31,943 nt of DNA. Origin: Armatimonadota bacterium. GTDB taxonomy: Bacteria > Armatimonadota > Armatimonadia > Armatimonadales > Armatimonadaceae. Below the pieces are notes generated by a model. The model was not told the origin of the DNA and ran no database searches. It saw only the letters and a program-made list of their open reading frames with translations. Positions 1 to 10,269 of this stretch are shown here, piece by piece. The stretch's first letter is position 1; each line of letters begins with the position of its first letter. The DNA is taken from positions 1 to 31,943 of the forward strand of contig JAYUUO010000191.1 of NCBI GenBank assembly GCA_043754515.1. Reading direction: 5' to 3'. A program made the position numbers and the translations under genes.

Positions 1-2
1 GC

Positions 3-965
3 GCGGGCGATGGGCAACCATTACGGGGGCTGATCCGCTACGCTACGCTCGCCCCCAGCGGCCACAACACGCAGCCCTGGAAGTTCACCGCGCGGGGGAA
101 GTCGGTGCGTATCTCCCCGGATTACGCCCGGCGTCTGATTGCGGTGGACCCACACGACCGTGAACTATGGATCAGCCTGGGTTGCGCCCTGGAGAATTTG
201 GTCATCGCCGCGACCGCGACCGGATGCGTGGCGGTCGTTACTTACCCGGTGCCGGACGCCGATTACATTACCGTTGACCTGTCGGAACGCTCTGCCCACG
301 CTACAGACGCACTTTTCGCGGCGATCCCCTACCGGCAGAACACCCGGTCATTGTATGATGGGCGCGCCCTCCCCCTGTCGGAGCGGGAGCGGATCGAGTC
401 CGTCACGGTCGGCGAGGGACTTTCCCGCCTGATCTTCACCGACCCCACTTCCAAAGAGGCGATCCTAGAGTATGTTCGGGCGGGTGACCGGCACCAGTTC
501 GCCGACCCCTCTTTCGTGAACGAACTGGTCTCGTGGGTCCGTTTCAACAAGCCGGAAGCGTTTCATACTCTGGACGGGCTGTATTCGCGCTGTTCCGGAA
601 ACCCGGAGGTTCCACGCTGGCTGGGCAGGCGGTTCCTGACGTCCGCGAGCGCGGGCGCGGAGAGTGACAAGGACACAGGGAAAATTCGGAGCGCGTCGGG
701 CTTGATAGTGATCGCCGCCGCGCGAGATGATAAACGCCACTGGATAGAGTCGGGCCGGTTGTATGAGCGTCTTGCTCTGACGTTGACGGCATCCGGCGTC
801 AAAACATCGTTCCTAAACCAGCCGGTGGAAGTCGCCGAAATACGCGCCCAATTGCAGAGCCACCTCGGCCTCGGCGCGGCTCTGCCACAACTGCTGATGC
901 GGTTCGGGTACGCCGACCCCATGCCGCGCTCCCTGCGTCGCCCCTTAAGCGAAGTGCTGGCATGA
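3..965 (+). CDS. Acg-family FMN-binding nitroreductase-like oxidoreductase (5' end lies outside the window)
   Basis: The frame is open from nt 3 and reads LIRYATLAPSGHNTQPWKF, the APSxHNxQPW motif. It also has SLGCALENL, RQNTRSLY and the C-terminal PQLLMRFGY...RSLRRP typical of Acg proteins. Confidence 0.85.
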   Translation, partial: AGDGQPLRGLIRYATLAPSGHNTQPWKFTARGKSVRISPDYARRLIAVDPHDRELWISLGCALENLVIAATATGCVAVVTYPVPDADYITVDLSERSAHATDALFAAIPYRQNTRSLYDGRALPLSERERIESVTVGEGLSRLIFTDPTSKEAILEYVRAGDRHQFADPSFVNELVSWVRFNKPEAFHTLDGLYSRCSGNPEVPRWLGRRFLTSASAGAESDKDTGKIRSASGLIVIAAARDDKRHWIESGRLYERLALTLTASGVKTSFLNQPVEVAEIRAQLQSHLGLGAALPQLLMRFGYADPMPRSLRRPLSEVLA

Positions 966-1037
966 GCATGGGAGAGGCAATCCATGTCGGGGGCGTAATG
1001 GCACTGGAGAAAAAGTGCCGGATCGGCTTTTCAACCT

Positions 1038-1802
1038 ATGCTAATTAAAAGCAGTACGGGTTCGTACCCGTTGGACGCACTGTGGTTAGACAGCGTGCCG
1101 TCAGCAGGATTGGCATTCGACCCGGAGCAATCGGTGGGGTTACCCGGTGCCGCGCGGCGATACCTACGCCATGCTATCGCGCCCGGCACCCCGCTCGCTT
1201 CGGCGGTACGTCTGCGAATGCATGGCGAGATCCTATTGAAGGGCTGGTGCCGCTTCACGGCGGAGCAGGTTATCACGTCGGATCGCGGCATGATCTGGGA
1301 GGCAACGGTCACCATGTACGGGATTCCGATCCGTGGCTCCGACCGGCTGATTGAGCATGCGGGCGCGATGCGCTGGAAAATACTGGGTCTGATCCCGCTT
1401 ATGGAAGCGACGGGAGCCGACACGACGCGCTCGACGGTGGGGCGGATGCTCGCGGAAAGCGTGTGGCTACCGTCAGTGTTCTGTCGGGATGATGCGGTAT
1501 GGCGGGAAGCGGGTTCGTCATGCGTTGCCGTCCGCGTCGTCGCGGAGGGGGAACACCCGGAGCTAACGCTCGCCGTGGACGACGCCGGACGAGTCGCGAG
1601 CGTCGCCCTGAAGCGGTGGGGGAATCCCGACGGGGCAGCGTACGGCTACGTCCCGTTCGGCGGCATCGCCGACCGGGAGGAGACGTTCGGCGGTTACACG
1701 ATCCCTACCCGGCTGCGCGTGGGCTGGTACTTCGGCGCGCCGCGATTCGACGCCGGGGGCGAGTTTTTCCGTTGCACGATTGACCACGCGGAGTTCCGGT
1801 GA
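1038..1802 (+). CDS. DUF6544/DUF6920-like hypothetical protein
   Basis: LPGAARRYLRHAI, WCRFTAEQ, RMLAESVWLP and FGGYTIPT...VGW match my recollection of this family. Confidence 0.7.
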   Translation: MLIKSSTGSYPLDALWLDSVPSAGLAFDPEQSVGLPGAARRYLRHAIAPGTPLASAVRLRMHGEILLKGWCRFTAEQVITSDRGMIWEATVTMYGIPIRGSDRLIEHAGAMRWKILGLIPLMEATGADTTRSTVGRMLAESVWLPSVFCRDDAVWREAGSSCVAVRVVAEGEHPELTLAVDDAGRVASVALKRWGNPDGAAYGYVPFGGIADREETFGGYTIPTRLRVGWYFGAPRFDAGGEFFRCTIDHAEFR

Positions 1803-1893
1803 AAGAAGCAATTGTCGCCCTGGCGCGAGACGCGGTCGGGAAGACATTGATCGGGGTTCGCGCCGTTCCTGACGCGAGAAAGTTGGACCAAAA

Positions 1894-3870
1894 ATGACGG
1901 ACACGGGTGCGAAAGACAGCAGTATCGGGGCGACGAATCGCTGGCAGATAAGGATCGCCGCGCTCGCCCTCTGCGGGATCGGGCTGTACCTGATCCTGCG
2001 CTACGGACTGCGACTTACCGGAACGGTGGGGGCGGGAGTGGCGTCCGCAGACATTCCGTTGCTGGTGGTGCTCGTGGTCGGCGGTCTGCCGCTGGTATGG
2101 GGGCTGTTAGTCAAAATCGCGCGGCGCGAGTTCGGCTCCGATCTGCTGGCGGGTATATCCATCGTCACCTCGGTGCTCCTCCACGAGTATCTCGCCGGGG
2201 CGGTCGTGGTGCTGATGCTGTCCGGGGGACAGGCCCTCGAAGAGTACGCGACGCTCCGGGCGTCCTCCGTGCTTCAGGCGCTGGCGAAGCGTATGCCGAC
2301 GCGGGCACAACGCAAGACCGGCGACACGCTAACGGAGATTCCGCTCGAAAGCGTTGCCGTCGGGGATGTCCTGGTCGTGTTCCCCTATGCCCTCTGTCCG
2401 GTAGACGGGGTCGTCGTGGAGGGGCGCGGCTCGATGGACGAATCTTATCTGACCGGCGAGCCGTACCGCGTCTCCAAAGCACCCGGCGTCGCCGTTCTTT
2501 CCGGGGCGATCAACGGCGACGCCGCCCTGACGATCCGTTGCGACAAGCCCGCGAGTGATTCCCGTTATGCCAAGATCATGCGGGTCATGCAGGATTCGGA
2601 GCAACACCGCCCCCACTTGCGGCGCCTGGGAGACCAACTCGGCGCGTGGTACACCCCACTCGCCGTGTTCATCGCCCTGGTCGCCTGGGTCGCCACCGCT
2701 GACCCGCTCCGCTTCCTCGCCGTGATGGTCGTCGCCACGCCGTGCCCGCTCCTAATCGCCATCCCCGTCGCCATCATCGGCTCCATCTCGCTCGCGGCGC
2801 GGATGGGGATCATCATCAAGGACCCGTCGGTTCTCGAGAACATCAGCGAATGCCGGGTCGCCATTTTCGACAAAACCGGTACGCTCACCTATGGAAAGCC
2901 TCAACTAACCGAGATACTGACGGTGGCGGGCGCGGAGGTCACTCAGGACACGGTTCTCGGTCTCGTCGCTAGTCTGGAACGCTACTCGAAGCACCCGCTT
3001 TCCGGGGCGATTTTAGAGGCCGCGCGGCAGAAGAAGATAGTCTTGCAGGACGCGCAGGAGGCGCGGGAACTCCCCGGCGCGGGACTCCAGGCTCTTATCG
3101 CCGGGCAACGCGTTCAGGTAACCGGGCGCGGCAAACTCGCCGCGCTCTTTCCCGATCAGGTTCCGTTCCTGCCGCCCGCCGCGCCGGGCATGGAGTGCGT
3201 GATTGTCATAGACGGCAGGTACGCCGCCACGTTCCGCTTTCGCGACGAGCCGCGCCCGGAAGGCGCGCTCTTTATCGGGCATCTGAAACCCAAGCACCAT
3301 ATCCAGCGCGTGATGATCGTTTCGGGAGACCGGGAGGCGGAAGTCGCGTATCTCGCGAAGCGGGTCGGCATCACGGAGGTGTACGCGAGTCAGAGTCCCG
3401 AGGAGAAACTGGCACTGGTACGCGCGGAGACCGCGAAGGCGCAAACCATCTTCCTCGGCGACGGGATTAATGACGCGCCCGCTTTGATCGCGGCGACGGT
3501 CGGGGTTGCGTTCGGCAACAACAGCGAGATAACGGGTGAGGCGGCGGATGTGGTGATTCTCGACAGCTCGCTCGGAAAGGTGGACGTCCTGTTTCACATC
3601 GGGCGGCGGATGCGGATCATTGCGCTACAGAGCGCGGTCGGCGGGATGGTGCTGAGCCTCATCGGCATGTTGCTCGCGGCGGCGGGCTACCTGACACCGG
3701 TGGTAGGCGCGGTCAGTCAGGAGGTCATTGACGTGCTCGCGGTGCTGAACGCGTTGCGCGCGGCGATCCCGCCGAAAGAACTGACGGACTACCAGGCGGA
3801 GCGGGGGGCGAACCCGCTACCGGCGAACAAAGATGAGGAGACCGGCGTGTTATCAGCCGCGCCGCGCTAG
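1894..3870 (+). CDS. Heavy-metal translocating P-type ATPase, P1B-5 subtype
   Basis: [21 protein letters not shown] and GDGIND are present. Late TM helices carry Q-x4-G-x3-S-x3-M ([14 protein letters not shown]) and GAVSQEVID, the P1B-5 signatures. Confidence 0.85.
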   Translation: MTDTGAKDSSIGATNRWQIRIAALALCGIGLYLILRYGLRLTGTVGAGVASADIPLLVVLVVGGLPLVWGLLVKIARREFGSDLLAGISIVTSVLLHEYLAGAVVVLMLSGGQALEEYATLRASSVLQALAKRMPTRAQRKTGDTLTEIPLESVAVGDVLVVFPYALCPVDGVVVEGRGSMDESYLTGEPYRVSKAPGVAVLSGAINGDAALTIRCDKPASDSRYAKIMRVMQDSEQHRPHLRRLGDQLGAWYTPLAVFIALVAWVATADPLRFLAVMVVATPCPLLIAIPVAIIGSISLAARMGIIIKDPSVLENISECRVAIFDKTGTLTYGKPQLTEILTVAGAEVTQDTVLGLVASLERYSKHPLSGAILEAARQKKIVLQDAQEARELPGAGLQALIAGQRVQVTGRGKLAALFPDQVPFLPPAAPGMECVIVIDGRYAATFRFRDEPRPEGALFIGHLKPKHHIQRVMIVSGDREAEVAYLAKRVGITEVYASQSPEEKLALVRAETAKAQTIFLGDGINDAPALIAATVGVAFGNNSEITGEAADVVILDSSLGKVDVLFHIGRRMRIIALQSAVGGMVLSLIGMLLAAAGYLTPVVGAVSQEVIDVLAVLNALRAAIPPKELTDYQAERGANPLPANKDEETGVLSAAPR

Positions 3871-5058
3871 TAAAACGCACACGTCATCCTCCAGTTTATC
3901 TTGAGTGAACGCTCTCGCCGTGGCCACGATCCGCTCGCCCATCGCCTCCACCGTCAGCGCGTCCGCCGCCGCCGCCGCCGCCACGTTTTGGAACCGGTCG
4001 TAGCCGAACATATCCCGATCCGGGCGGGGGCTGTGCGCCTCCGTGATGCCGTCCGTTATCATGACGAGCGTGTCACCCGATCCGAGCGTCACGGTTTCGT
4101 GTTCGTATTTCGCCGCCGGGTCGAGACCCAGAATCAGTCCCCGTACTTGAGTGGGTTCCGTCGCCCCGCTACGCCGGACAATGAGAGGCGGTTCCATGCC
4201 GGAGGAGGCGACATATGCCGTGCCCGTCAGGGTATCTACGACGGCGACCGCGACGCACACGAACGCGTCCGCCGCGCGCCCGTCGAGTCGTTGGGAATCT
4301 ATGAGATAGCGGTTCAGGCGACACAGGACGAGCGATGGGCACTTGTGTTCGCGGAGCAGGGCGCGCAGAGCGTACTTGACCTCGGCGGTATACTGGGCGG
4401 CTTTCAGACCTTTGCCCGTGCAGTCGCCGACGACGAGCGCGACTCTGTTCTCGGAAAGCGAAAGGGTGTCGAAGAAGTCGCCCCCGATCAGTGCCTCGTC
4501 CCATGCGGGGAGGTACTGCGTGCTGACTTCCAGCCCGTTCAGTGTCGCGGGCGGCGGCGTCAGGAGCAGTGCCCGTTGCAGGGTCTCGCTGACGTGTCGT
4601 TGTTGCTCCAGAAGGGCGTCACGTTCTAGCTCTATCTCGACGCGGCGCGTCACGTCGTTCTGTACGCCGACGAAATTCGTCACCACCCCGGATTCGTCGC
4701 GCATGGGCGACATCTCTAATTCGTTCCAGAAAGTGGTACCGTCCTTTCGGTAGTTGAGCAGAACGACCCGGCAGGGGTACTCCCCGGCGATGGCGGCGCG
4801 TATCGTGGCGACAGCGGCGGGGTCGGTGTCCGGGCCTTGCAGGAGGCGCATGTTGTGCCCGTCTATCTCGCCCTCCGTGTACCCGCACACGCGCTCGAAG
4901 GCGGGGTTGTGATAGATAATGGGGTTCCCCGCGAGGCGCGGGTCGGTGACCACAATGCTAGCGACGGCGGTGCGAACGACCCGCTGTAGTAGCAGTAGCG
5001 TAGCATCTAGCGACCCCGCCTTATGCGCGCCAGTCGGCGTGTTGTTCGTACCGTCCAT
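3853..5058 (-). CDS. LOV-like PAS domain + SpoIIE/PP2C (RsbU-type) phosphatase
   Basis: PAS/LOV segment [24 protein letters not shown]...NYRKDG..FWNEL...[11 protein letters not shown]2C motifs [21 protein letters not shown] and DDVC are intact. ATG 5058 is preferred over the ORF-track start at 5151. The 3' end overlaps the ATPase gene convergently by 18 bp. Confidence 0.85.
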   Translation of the reverse strand: MDGTNNTPTGAHKAGSLDATLLLLQRVVRTAVASIVVTDPRLAGNPIIYHNPAFERVCGYTEGEIDGHNMRLLQGPDTDPAAVATIRAAIAGEYPCRVVLLNYRKDGTTFWNELEMSPMRDESGVVTNFVGVQNDVTRRVEIELERDALLEQQRHVSETLQRALLLTPPPATLNGLEVSTQYLPAWDEALIGGDFFDTLSLSENRVALVVGDCTGKGLKAAQYTAEVKYALRALLREHKCPSLVLCRLNRYLIDSQRLDGRAADAFVCVAVAVVDTLTGTAYVASSGMEPPLIVRRSGATEPTQVRGLILGLDPAAKYEHETVTLGSGDTLVMITDGITEAHSPRPDRDMFGYDRFQNVAAAAAADALTVEAMGERIVATARAFTQDKLEDDVCVLLARRG

Positions 5059-5525
5059 CCGTATGGGCCTCGTCGGCGGCGCGAATTCGCGACACCAACG
5101 TTCTACTCGCATCGCGATCGAGGCGCGACGCCAGTGGATATAATATATCACGCAAGGGAGGAATCTTTACCCGGTTCTTCGCCTTTACTGCATTGCATTT
5201 TCGTTTCAGTATCGTGAAAAACGGGCATAAGCGAGTATGCTAATAACGGCACGATGACCTTCCCACTCTATGCGGGAATAAACCCTGTGACACCCCATCG
5301 CGCGCCGACGGGTAGCACGCTCGCTCAGCCTCCCATCGGCGGTAACCGGTACGCCCGCCCCATACGCTGTCGCCGGTCGCGCCGCTGACGCGACCCGCTA
5401 GAAAAGCCAGGACGCCACCGTGGACGTAACGGAAAATCGCAGCGGGAACTCGGGGACGGCGCGCCAAACCTGCCACTTGTTCGCGTCGCCTTACGGCAGG
5501 CGACACGAACAGAAAGACAAGACAA

Positions 5526-6425
5526 ATGTTCAATAAAATCATGGTCTGCTCGGACGGTTCTGATGACGCGCTACTCGCGGCCCGGCTCGCGGCCCGGCTC
5601 GCGCGAAAGTTCCACTCGGAGGTGTTGCTCGTGCATTCGTATGACCTGTCCGGCGCGTACCGGGCTTTCGCGAAGGGTTCCTCAACCGTCGGCCCCGCCG
5701 GGGATGGGGCGGTCACCTATGCGAATGAGGCGCGGGCTGATCTGAAGCAGTCCACGGGCACGGTTTTCGAGGGGTCGGGCGTGAAGTACAACACACTCAT
5801 TTCGGAGGGTCATCCCGTCGAGGTGATCACACGCCTCGCGCGGGAGCATGAAGTGGATCTGATCGTACTCGGTCACCGGGGGATAGACAATTCACCGCCC
5901 GTTTTCATGGGTAGCGTTTCCGAGGGGGTGCTACATCACGCCCTCTGCAACGTGCTGATCGCGCGCGGCGAACCGCTCGACCAGGAGACACCGAAACTGG
6001 GGCATATCCTGCTGGCGTCCGACGGCTCCGATGGGGCGCGCGACGCGACCGTGGTTGCCACGCGACTCGCTCGGGACTTCTCCGCTTCGCTCAGCGTCCT
6101 CAACGTGCTGAGTACACATCCGATCCTCGGCGGGTTGCCGCCTTACTTCGTCGGTAACCTGCCATCCGATGGCCAGGCCGAACGGGACCTCGCGAGCATC
6201 ACCGACGACGTGGAACTTGAGACGATGGATACGGATGTACCCATCACCTTTCATCAACAGGCGGGAAGCCCGGCGGAGGCGATCGTCGCCTTCGCCGACC
6301 ATCACGAGACCGACCTGATCGTGATCGGCAGCCGGGGGCTTGGGACGTTCAAGTCGCTACTGCTCGGGAGTGTCTCCAACCGCGTCGCGCATCTGTCGCG
6401 TCACTCGGTGCTGGTAACCCGCTGA
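5526..6425 (+). CDS. Universal stress protein with tandem USP domains
   Basis: Two repeats: IMVCSDGS...DLIVLGHRG...MGSVSEGVLH and ILLASDGS...DLIVIGSRGLG..LLGSVSNRV. Confidence 0.92.
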   Translation: MFNKIMVCSDGSDDALLAARLAARLARKFHSEVLLVHSYDLSGAYRAFAKGSSTVGPAGDGAVTYANEARADLKQSTGTVFEGSGVKYNTLISEGHPVEVITRLAREHEVDLIVLGHRGIDNSPPVFMGSVSEGVLHHALCNVLIARGEPLDQETPKLGHILLASDGSDGARDATVVATRLARDFSASLSVLNVLSTHPILGGLPPYFVGNLPSDGQAERDLASITDDVELETMDTDVPITFHQQAGSPAEAIVAFADHHETDLIVIGSRGLGTFKSLLLGSVSNRVAHLSRHSVLVTR

Positions 6426-6469
6426 TCGGCATGGATGGCACCGACTAACTACACAAAGGATTAAGAACT

Positions 6470-6850
6470 ATGCACAAAAATATGAAGGAGATGGAACAGT
6501 ATAACGACGAGCGGTTCGTCGTCAAGAGCGTGTACAAGGGCGAGCAGAGCGAGGCGATTCTGCTGTTCCTAACCCCCGGTCAGGAGATGCCGTCGCACCC
6601 ACACGAGCGGTTCGAGGTAGTGCTGGTGCCGCGCAACGGTACCGGCTTGCTCGTCGTGGACGGCGGAAAGGTGGGGGCGCGGAACGTCGCCCTGATACCA
6701 GGGACGCTGTACTATGAGCCGTCTGGGAAGACGTTCTCGATCAAGAATGTCGGCCTGGAGCCGTTCCAGACATTGATCACGCTGATCCGCGTCGAAGCGG
6801 CGGCACATCCCGCGCAACCCGCGCCGGAACCGGAAGGAAATCCTCTATGA
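6470..6850 (+). CDS. Cupin-domain protein
   Basis: PGQEMPSHPHERFEVVLV...GTG is cupin motif 1. Shine-Dalgarno AAAGGA upstream. Confidence 0.75.
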   Translation: MHKNMKEMEQYNDERFVVKSVYKGEQSEAILLFLTPGQEMPSHPHERFEVVLVPRNGTGLLVVDGGKVGARNVALIPGTLYYEPSGKTFSIKNVGLEPFQTLITLIRVEAAAHPAQPAPEPEGNPL

Positions 6851-7413
6851 CACTCCCTCTCATGACGGAGCACGCGGCGGTCGGCATTTACGCCGACCAC
6901 GAGCAGGCCGAGAACGCGCTTCGGATGCTCGCGGAGGCGGGCATCACGCTGGATAACATCTCCGTGATCGGTGGCGCGGAACGGGGGCGCGAGGCGGCGT
7001 CGGGCAAGTACCGCCCCCCGACGTTCGTGAAGCAGGAGTTACAGAAGGAGGGGATTCGCGACGGCATCTGGATCGGCGGTATGTTCGGCTCGCTGGTCGG
7101 TTTCGGCGCGCTTCTGGTGCCGGGCGTAGGCCCTCTCATGGTGCTCGGGCCGCTCGCGGCACTGCTGATCGGCGTCGGCGCGGGCGCGCTGGTGGGTGAC
7201 ATCACCGGCGCGGTGACGTTCACCGAAATCGCGAAGGTGTACCGGGATTGGCTTGTGGCGGGGAACTTCCTGGTCATCGTCCACTGCGCCACCAGCGAGG
7301 AGCCGCTCGTCCGGGGCATATTGGAGTCGGCGCACGCGCTAGGGGTACACGGCCACCCCACGCCCGCGCCCCGCACCCCGCCGAGGACCCCGCCACATGC
7401 CCCCGCCCACTGA
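6847..7413 (+). CDS. General stress protein (YflT/17M-like) membrane protein
   Basis: AVGIYADHEQAENALRMLAEAG..ISVIG, a Gly-rich hairpin with PGVGPLMVLGPL, and GNFLVIVH. ATGA overlap with the cupin gene. Confidence 0.75.
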   Translation: MTLPLMTEHAAVGIYADHEQAENALRMLAEAGITLDNISVIGGAERGREAASGKYRPPTFVKQELQKEGIRDGIWIGGMFGSLVGFGALLVPGVGPLMVLGPLAALLIGVGAGALVGDITGAVTFTEIAKVYRDWLVAGNFLVIVHCATSEEPLVRGILESAHALGVHGHPTPAPRTPPRTPPHAPAH

Positions 7414-9961
7414 GAAGTCACCCCCACTCCCCACGTTCTGGAGCCTCCCCGCGACAGACCTGCTGGCGAGTCTGCGTTCGACGCCGACGGGGCTGACCGG
7501 CACCGACGCGGCGAGCCGACTCGCGAAAAGCGGCGCGGCGGCGCGCCCCGATTCCGGCGCGGGCGGGACGCTGATGTTGCTAGCGTCGCAGTTCAGAAGC
7601 CCCATTATCCTGTTGCTACTTTCCGCCGTCGTGCTGTCATTCTTCCTCCACGACACGACCAACGCCTTCACGATCCTGCTGATCGTGCTGGCGAGCGGGC
7701 TACTCGGCTTCTGGCAGGAGCAGGGGGCGGCGGGCGCGGTGAAGAAGTTACTCGCGGTGATCCAGACCCGCTCCACGATCCTGCGCGACGGGAAGCCGAC
7801 CCCGGTGGAGTCCGCGCAAATCGTGCCGGGCGACGTCTCGCGGCTCGCGGCGGGCGACGTTATTCCGGGGGACAGCCTCCTACTCGAATCGAAGGATCTT
7901 TTCGTCAACGAGGCGACGCTGACCGGCGAGACGTTCCCAGTCGAGAAGACCGTCGGCGTGTTGGCTCCGGAAACGCCGCTCGGCGGGCGTTCAAACGCGC
8001 TGTTCGCGGGGACGTATGTGACCAGCGGCACCGCGACGGCACTGATCGTGCGGACGGGCAAAGACACTGAGTTTGGCAAAGTGTCGGAAACACTCAAAAG
8101 CCGCCCGCCCGAGACCGAGTTCGAGCGCGGCATCCGGCAGTTCGGCAACCTCCTGATGCAGGTGACGCTGGTACTGGTCGTCGCCATCTTCGCGGTGAAC
8201 GTTTACCTGCACCGCCCCGTGCTGGAATCCTTTCTATTCTCGCTCGCGCTGGCGGTCGGGCTGACGCCGCAACTGCTCCCGGCGATCATTAGCGTCAACC
8301 TGGCGCACGGGGCGCGGCGCATGGCGGCGGCGCGGGTGATCGTGAAGCGGCTCGCCGCCATCGAGAACTTCGGCAGCATGGACATTCTCTGCTCCGACAA
8401 GACCGGAACCCTGACCGAGGGTGAAGTCCGGCTCCAGTCCGCGCTGAATATCGCGGGCGAGGCGGGCGAGAAGACGCTACTCTACGCGCAACTCAACGCG
8501 TCCTTCCAGACCGGCTACGCGAACCCGCTTGATAAGGCCATACTCGCCTACCGCGCCGCCGAACTGTCCGCCTACGCGAAGCGGGACGAGGAGCCGTACG
8601 ACTTCGTCCGCAAACGACTCAGCGTGCTCGTCGAGCGGGACGGGGCGTGCCTGATGGTGACGAAAGGGGCGTTCGCCAATATTCTCGCGGTCTGCGCCAC
8701 GGCGGAGACGCCGACCGGTGCCGTGACCCCGCTCGCCGATTGCGCGGGGGCGATTCAGAAGCAGTTCGAGTCGTTCAGCGGGCAGGGTTTCCGCGCCGTC
8801 GGCGTCGCCTACCGCGATCTAGAGACGCAAACGGGGATCACGAAAGAGGACGAGAAGGGGATGACGTTCCTCGGCTTCTTGCTGTTTTATGACCCGGTGA
8901 AGGAGGGCATGACCGAGACGATACAGCGGCTACGCAGACTCGGCATCACGCTCAAACTCGTAACGGGCGATAACCGGCTGGTCGCGGCGCATGTCGGGCG
9001 GGCGGTCGGCCTGTCCACCGAGAACATTCTCGCGGGGCCAGATATGCGCGACATGAGCGAGGCGGTGCTACGCGAGCGGGTCGTCGGCGCGGAGATATTC
9101 GCGGAGATCGAGCCGAACCAGAAGGAGAGCGTCATCATCGCGCTCCAGAAGGCGGGGCACGTGGTAGGGCATATGGGCGACGGCATCAATGACGCGCCCG
9201 CGCTCCACGCGGCGGATGTCGGGATTTCGGTCGCGAACGCGGTGGATGTCGCGCGGGAGGCGGCGGACATCGTGCTACTGGATCAGGATCTGGCGGTGCT
9301 GGAGCAGGGGGTGCGCGAAGGGCGGATCACATTCGCGAACACGCTCAAGTATGTCTTCATGGCGACCAGTGCCAACTTCGGGAACATGTTCAGCATGGCG
9401 GGCGCGTCGCTCTTCCTACCTTTCCTGCCGCTACTCCCGACGCAGGTGCTACTAACGAACCTGTTCAGCGACCTGCCCGAGATGACCATCGCGACAGACA
9501 GCGTGGACGCCGAGCAGGTGGACAAGCCGCGCCGCTGGGACATCGGGTTCATCCGCCGCTTCATGCTGGTGTTCGGGCTGGCGAACTCGGCCTGCGATTA
9601 CCTGACGTTCGGCGTGCTACTGTTCTTCCTGCACGCGACCCCGACGCAGTTCCGCACGGGGTGGTTCATCGAGAACGTCGTCACCGCGGCACTAATCGTG
9701 CTCGTCGTGCGCACGCGCAAGCCGTTCTACAAAAGCCGTCCGGGGAAGTGGCTACTCGCGGCCACGCTCGGGACGGTGGCGGCAACGATCGCGTTGCCGT
9801 ACTCGCCGCTCGCCCACGTGTGGCACTTTTCCACGATCTCGCCACTGTTCCTGCTGGCACTTGCGGCGATAATGGTCTTCTACGTGGTGGTCGCGGAAGT
9901 AGCGAAGTTCTTCTTTTACCGCCACGAAGCGGTCACAGCAGCTACCCACCCGAAAATATGA
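7397..9961 (+). CDS. mgtA: Magnesium-translocating P-type ATPase (P3B)
   Basis: [61 protein letters not shown] and FRTGWFIE. Confidence 0.9.
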   Translation: MPPPTEKSPPLPTFWSLPATDLLASLRSTPTGLTGTDAASRLAKSGAAARPDSGAGGTLMLLASQFRSPIILLLLSAVVLSFFLHDTTNAFTILLIVLASGLLGFWQEQGAAGAVKKLLAVIQTRSTILRDGKPTPVESAQIVPGDVSRLAAGDVIPGDSLLLESKDLFVNEATLTGETFPVEKTVGVLAPETPLGGRSNALFAGTYVTSGTATALIVRTGKDTEFGKVSETLKSRPPETEFERGIRQFGNLLMQVTLVLVVAIFAVNVYLHRPVLESFLFSLALAVGLTPQLLPAIISVNLAHGARRMAAARVIVKRLAAIENFGSMDILCSDKTGTLTEGEVRLQSALNIAGEAGEKTLLYAQLNASFQTGYANPLDKAILAYRAAELSAYAKRDEEPYDFVRKRLSVLVERDGACLMVTKGAFANILAVCATAETPTGAVTPLADCAGAIQKQFESFSGQGFRAVGVAYRDLETQTGITKEDEKGMTFLGFLLFYDPVKEGMTETIQRLRRLGITLKLVTGDNRLVAAHVGRAVGLSTENILAGPDMRDMSEAVLRERVVGAEIFAEIEPNQKESVIIALQKAGHVVGHMGDGINDAPALHAADVGISVANAVDVAREAADIVLLDQDLAVLEQGVREGRITFANTLKYVFMATSANFGNMFSMAGASLFLPFLPLLPTQVLLTNLFSDLPEMTIATDSVDAEQVDKPRRWDIGFIRRFMLVFGLANSACDYLTFGVLLFFLHATPTQFRTGWFIENVVTAALIVLVVRTRKPFYKSRPGKWLLAATLGTVAATIALPYSPLAHVWHFSTISPLFLLALAAIMVFYVVVAEVAKFFFYRHEAVTAATHPKI

Positions 9962-9970
9962 CCGCGAAGT

Positions 9971-10007
9971 AATAAGAGGGGGAAGCCAATAGGCTCCCCC
10001 CTCGTTT
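9971..10007. terminator. Hairpin, probably a bidirectional intrinsic terminator
   Basis: GAGGGGGAAGCC-AATA-GGCTCCCCCCTC (9976-10003, one mismatch). Followed by GTTT on + and TTATT on -. Confidence 0.75.
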
Positions 10008-10240
10008 AAGGTTTGGATGGATCAGACTCTGCGTCCTATTTAGTTGTCACCCGCTATTTGGTTATCTGTATGAAGTTGGTAGTCGCTATGCAATTGTCTG
10101 TATTCTGTTTTAAGATTCTATTTGCCGTTCAATTATCGTTATTCAGTTGTTTGTGTATGTGGTTGTATTTCGCGCTATTCAGTTTTTCTTCGGCGTATCT
10201 GTCGCGGTATGTATACCGCTCTGTCCAAACTATCAAACCT
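9971..10240 (-). ncRNA. Candidate A-rich, AUA-repeat small RNA
   Basis: Bounded by an ECF-like promoter and the terminator. The 5' and 3' ends are complementary, and there are 16 AUA motifs (see findings). Confidence 0.5.
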
Positions 10241-10243
10241 AAT

Positions 10244-10269
10244 GACGCCGGTAAGGGCGGAAAAGTTTC
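10244..10269 (-). promoter_or_regulatory. ECF-sigma-type promoter (GAAAC-N17-CGTC)
   Basis: The minus strand reads gGAAAC ttttccgcccttaccgg CGTC att. GAAACTTTTC is repeated 22 bp upstream (10282-10291). Confidence 0.5.

Noticed and set aside
10010..10240. AT-rich region as replication origin, 6S RNA, tmRNA or CsrB
   Set aside because: No TTATCCACA DnaA boxes, no long rod-like pairing, no tRNA-like ends and no GGA repeats.
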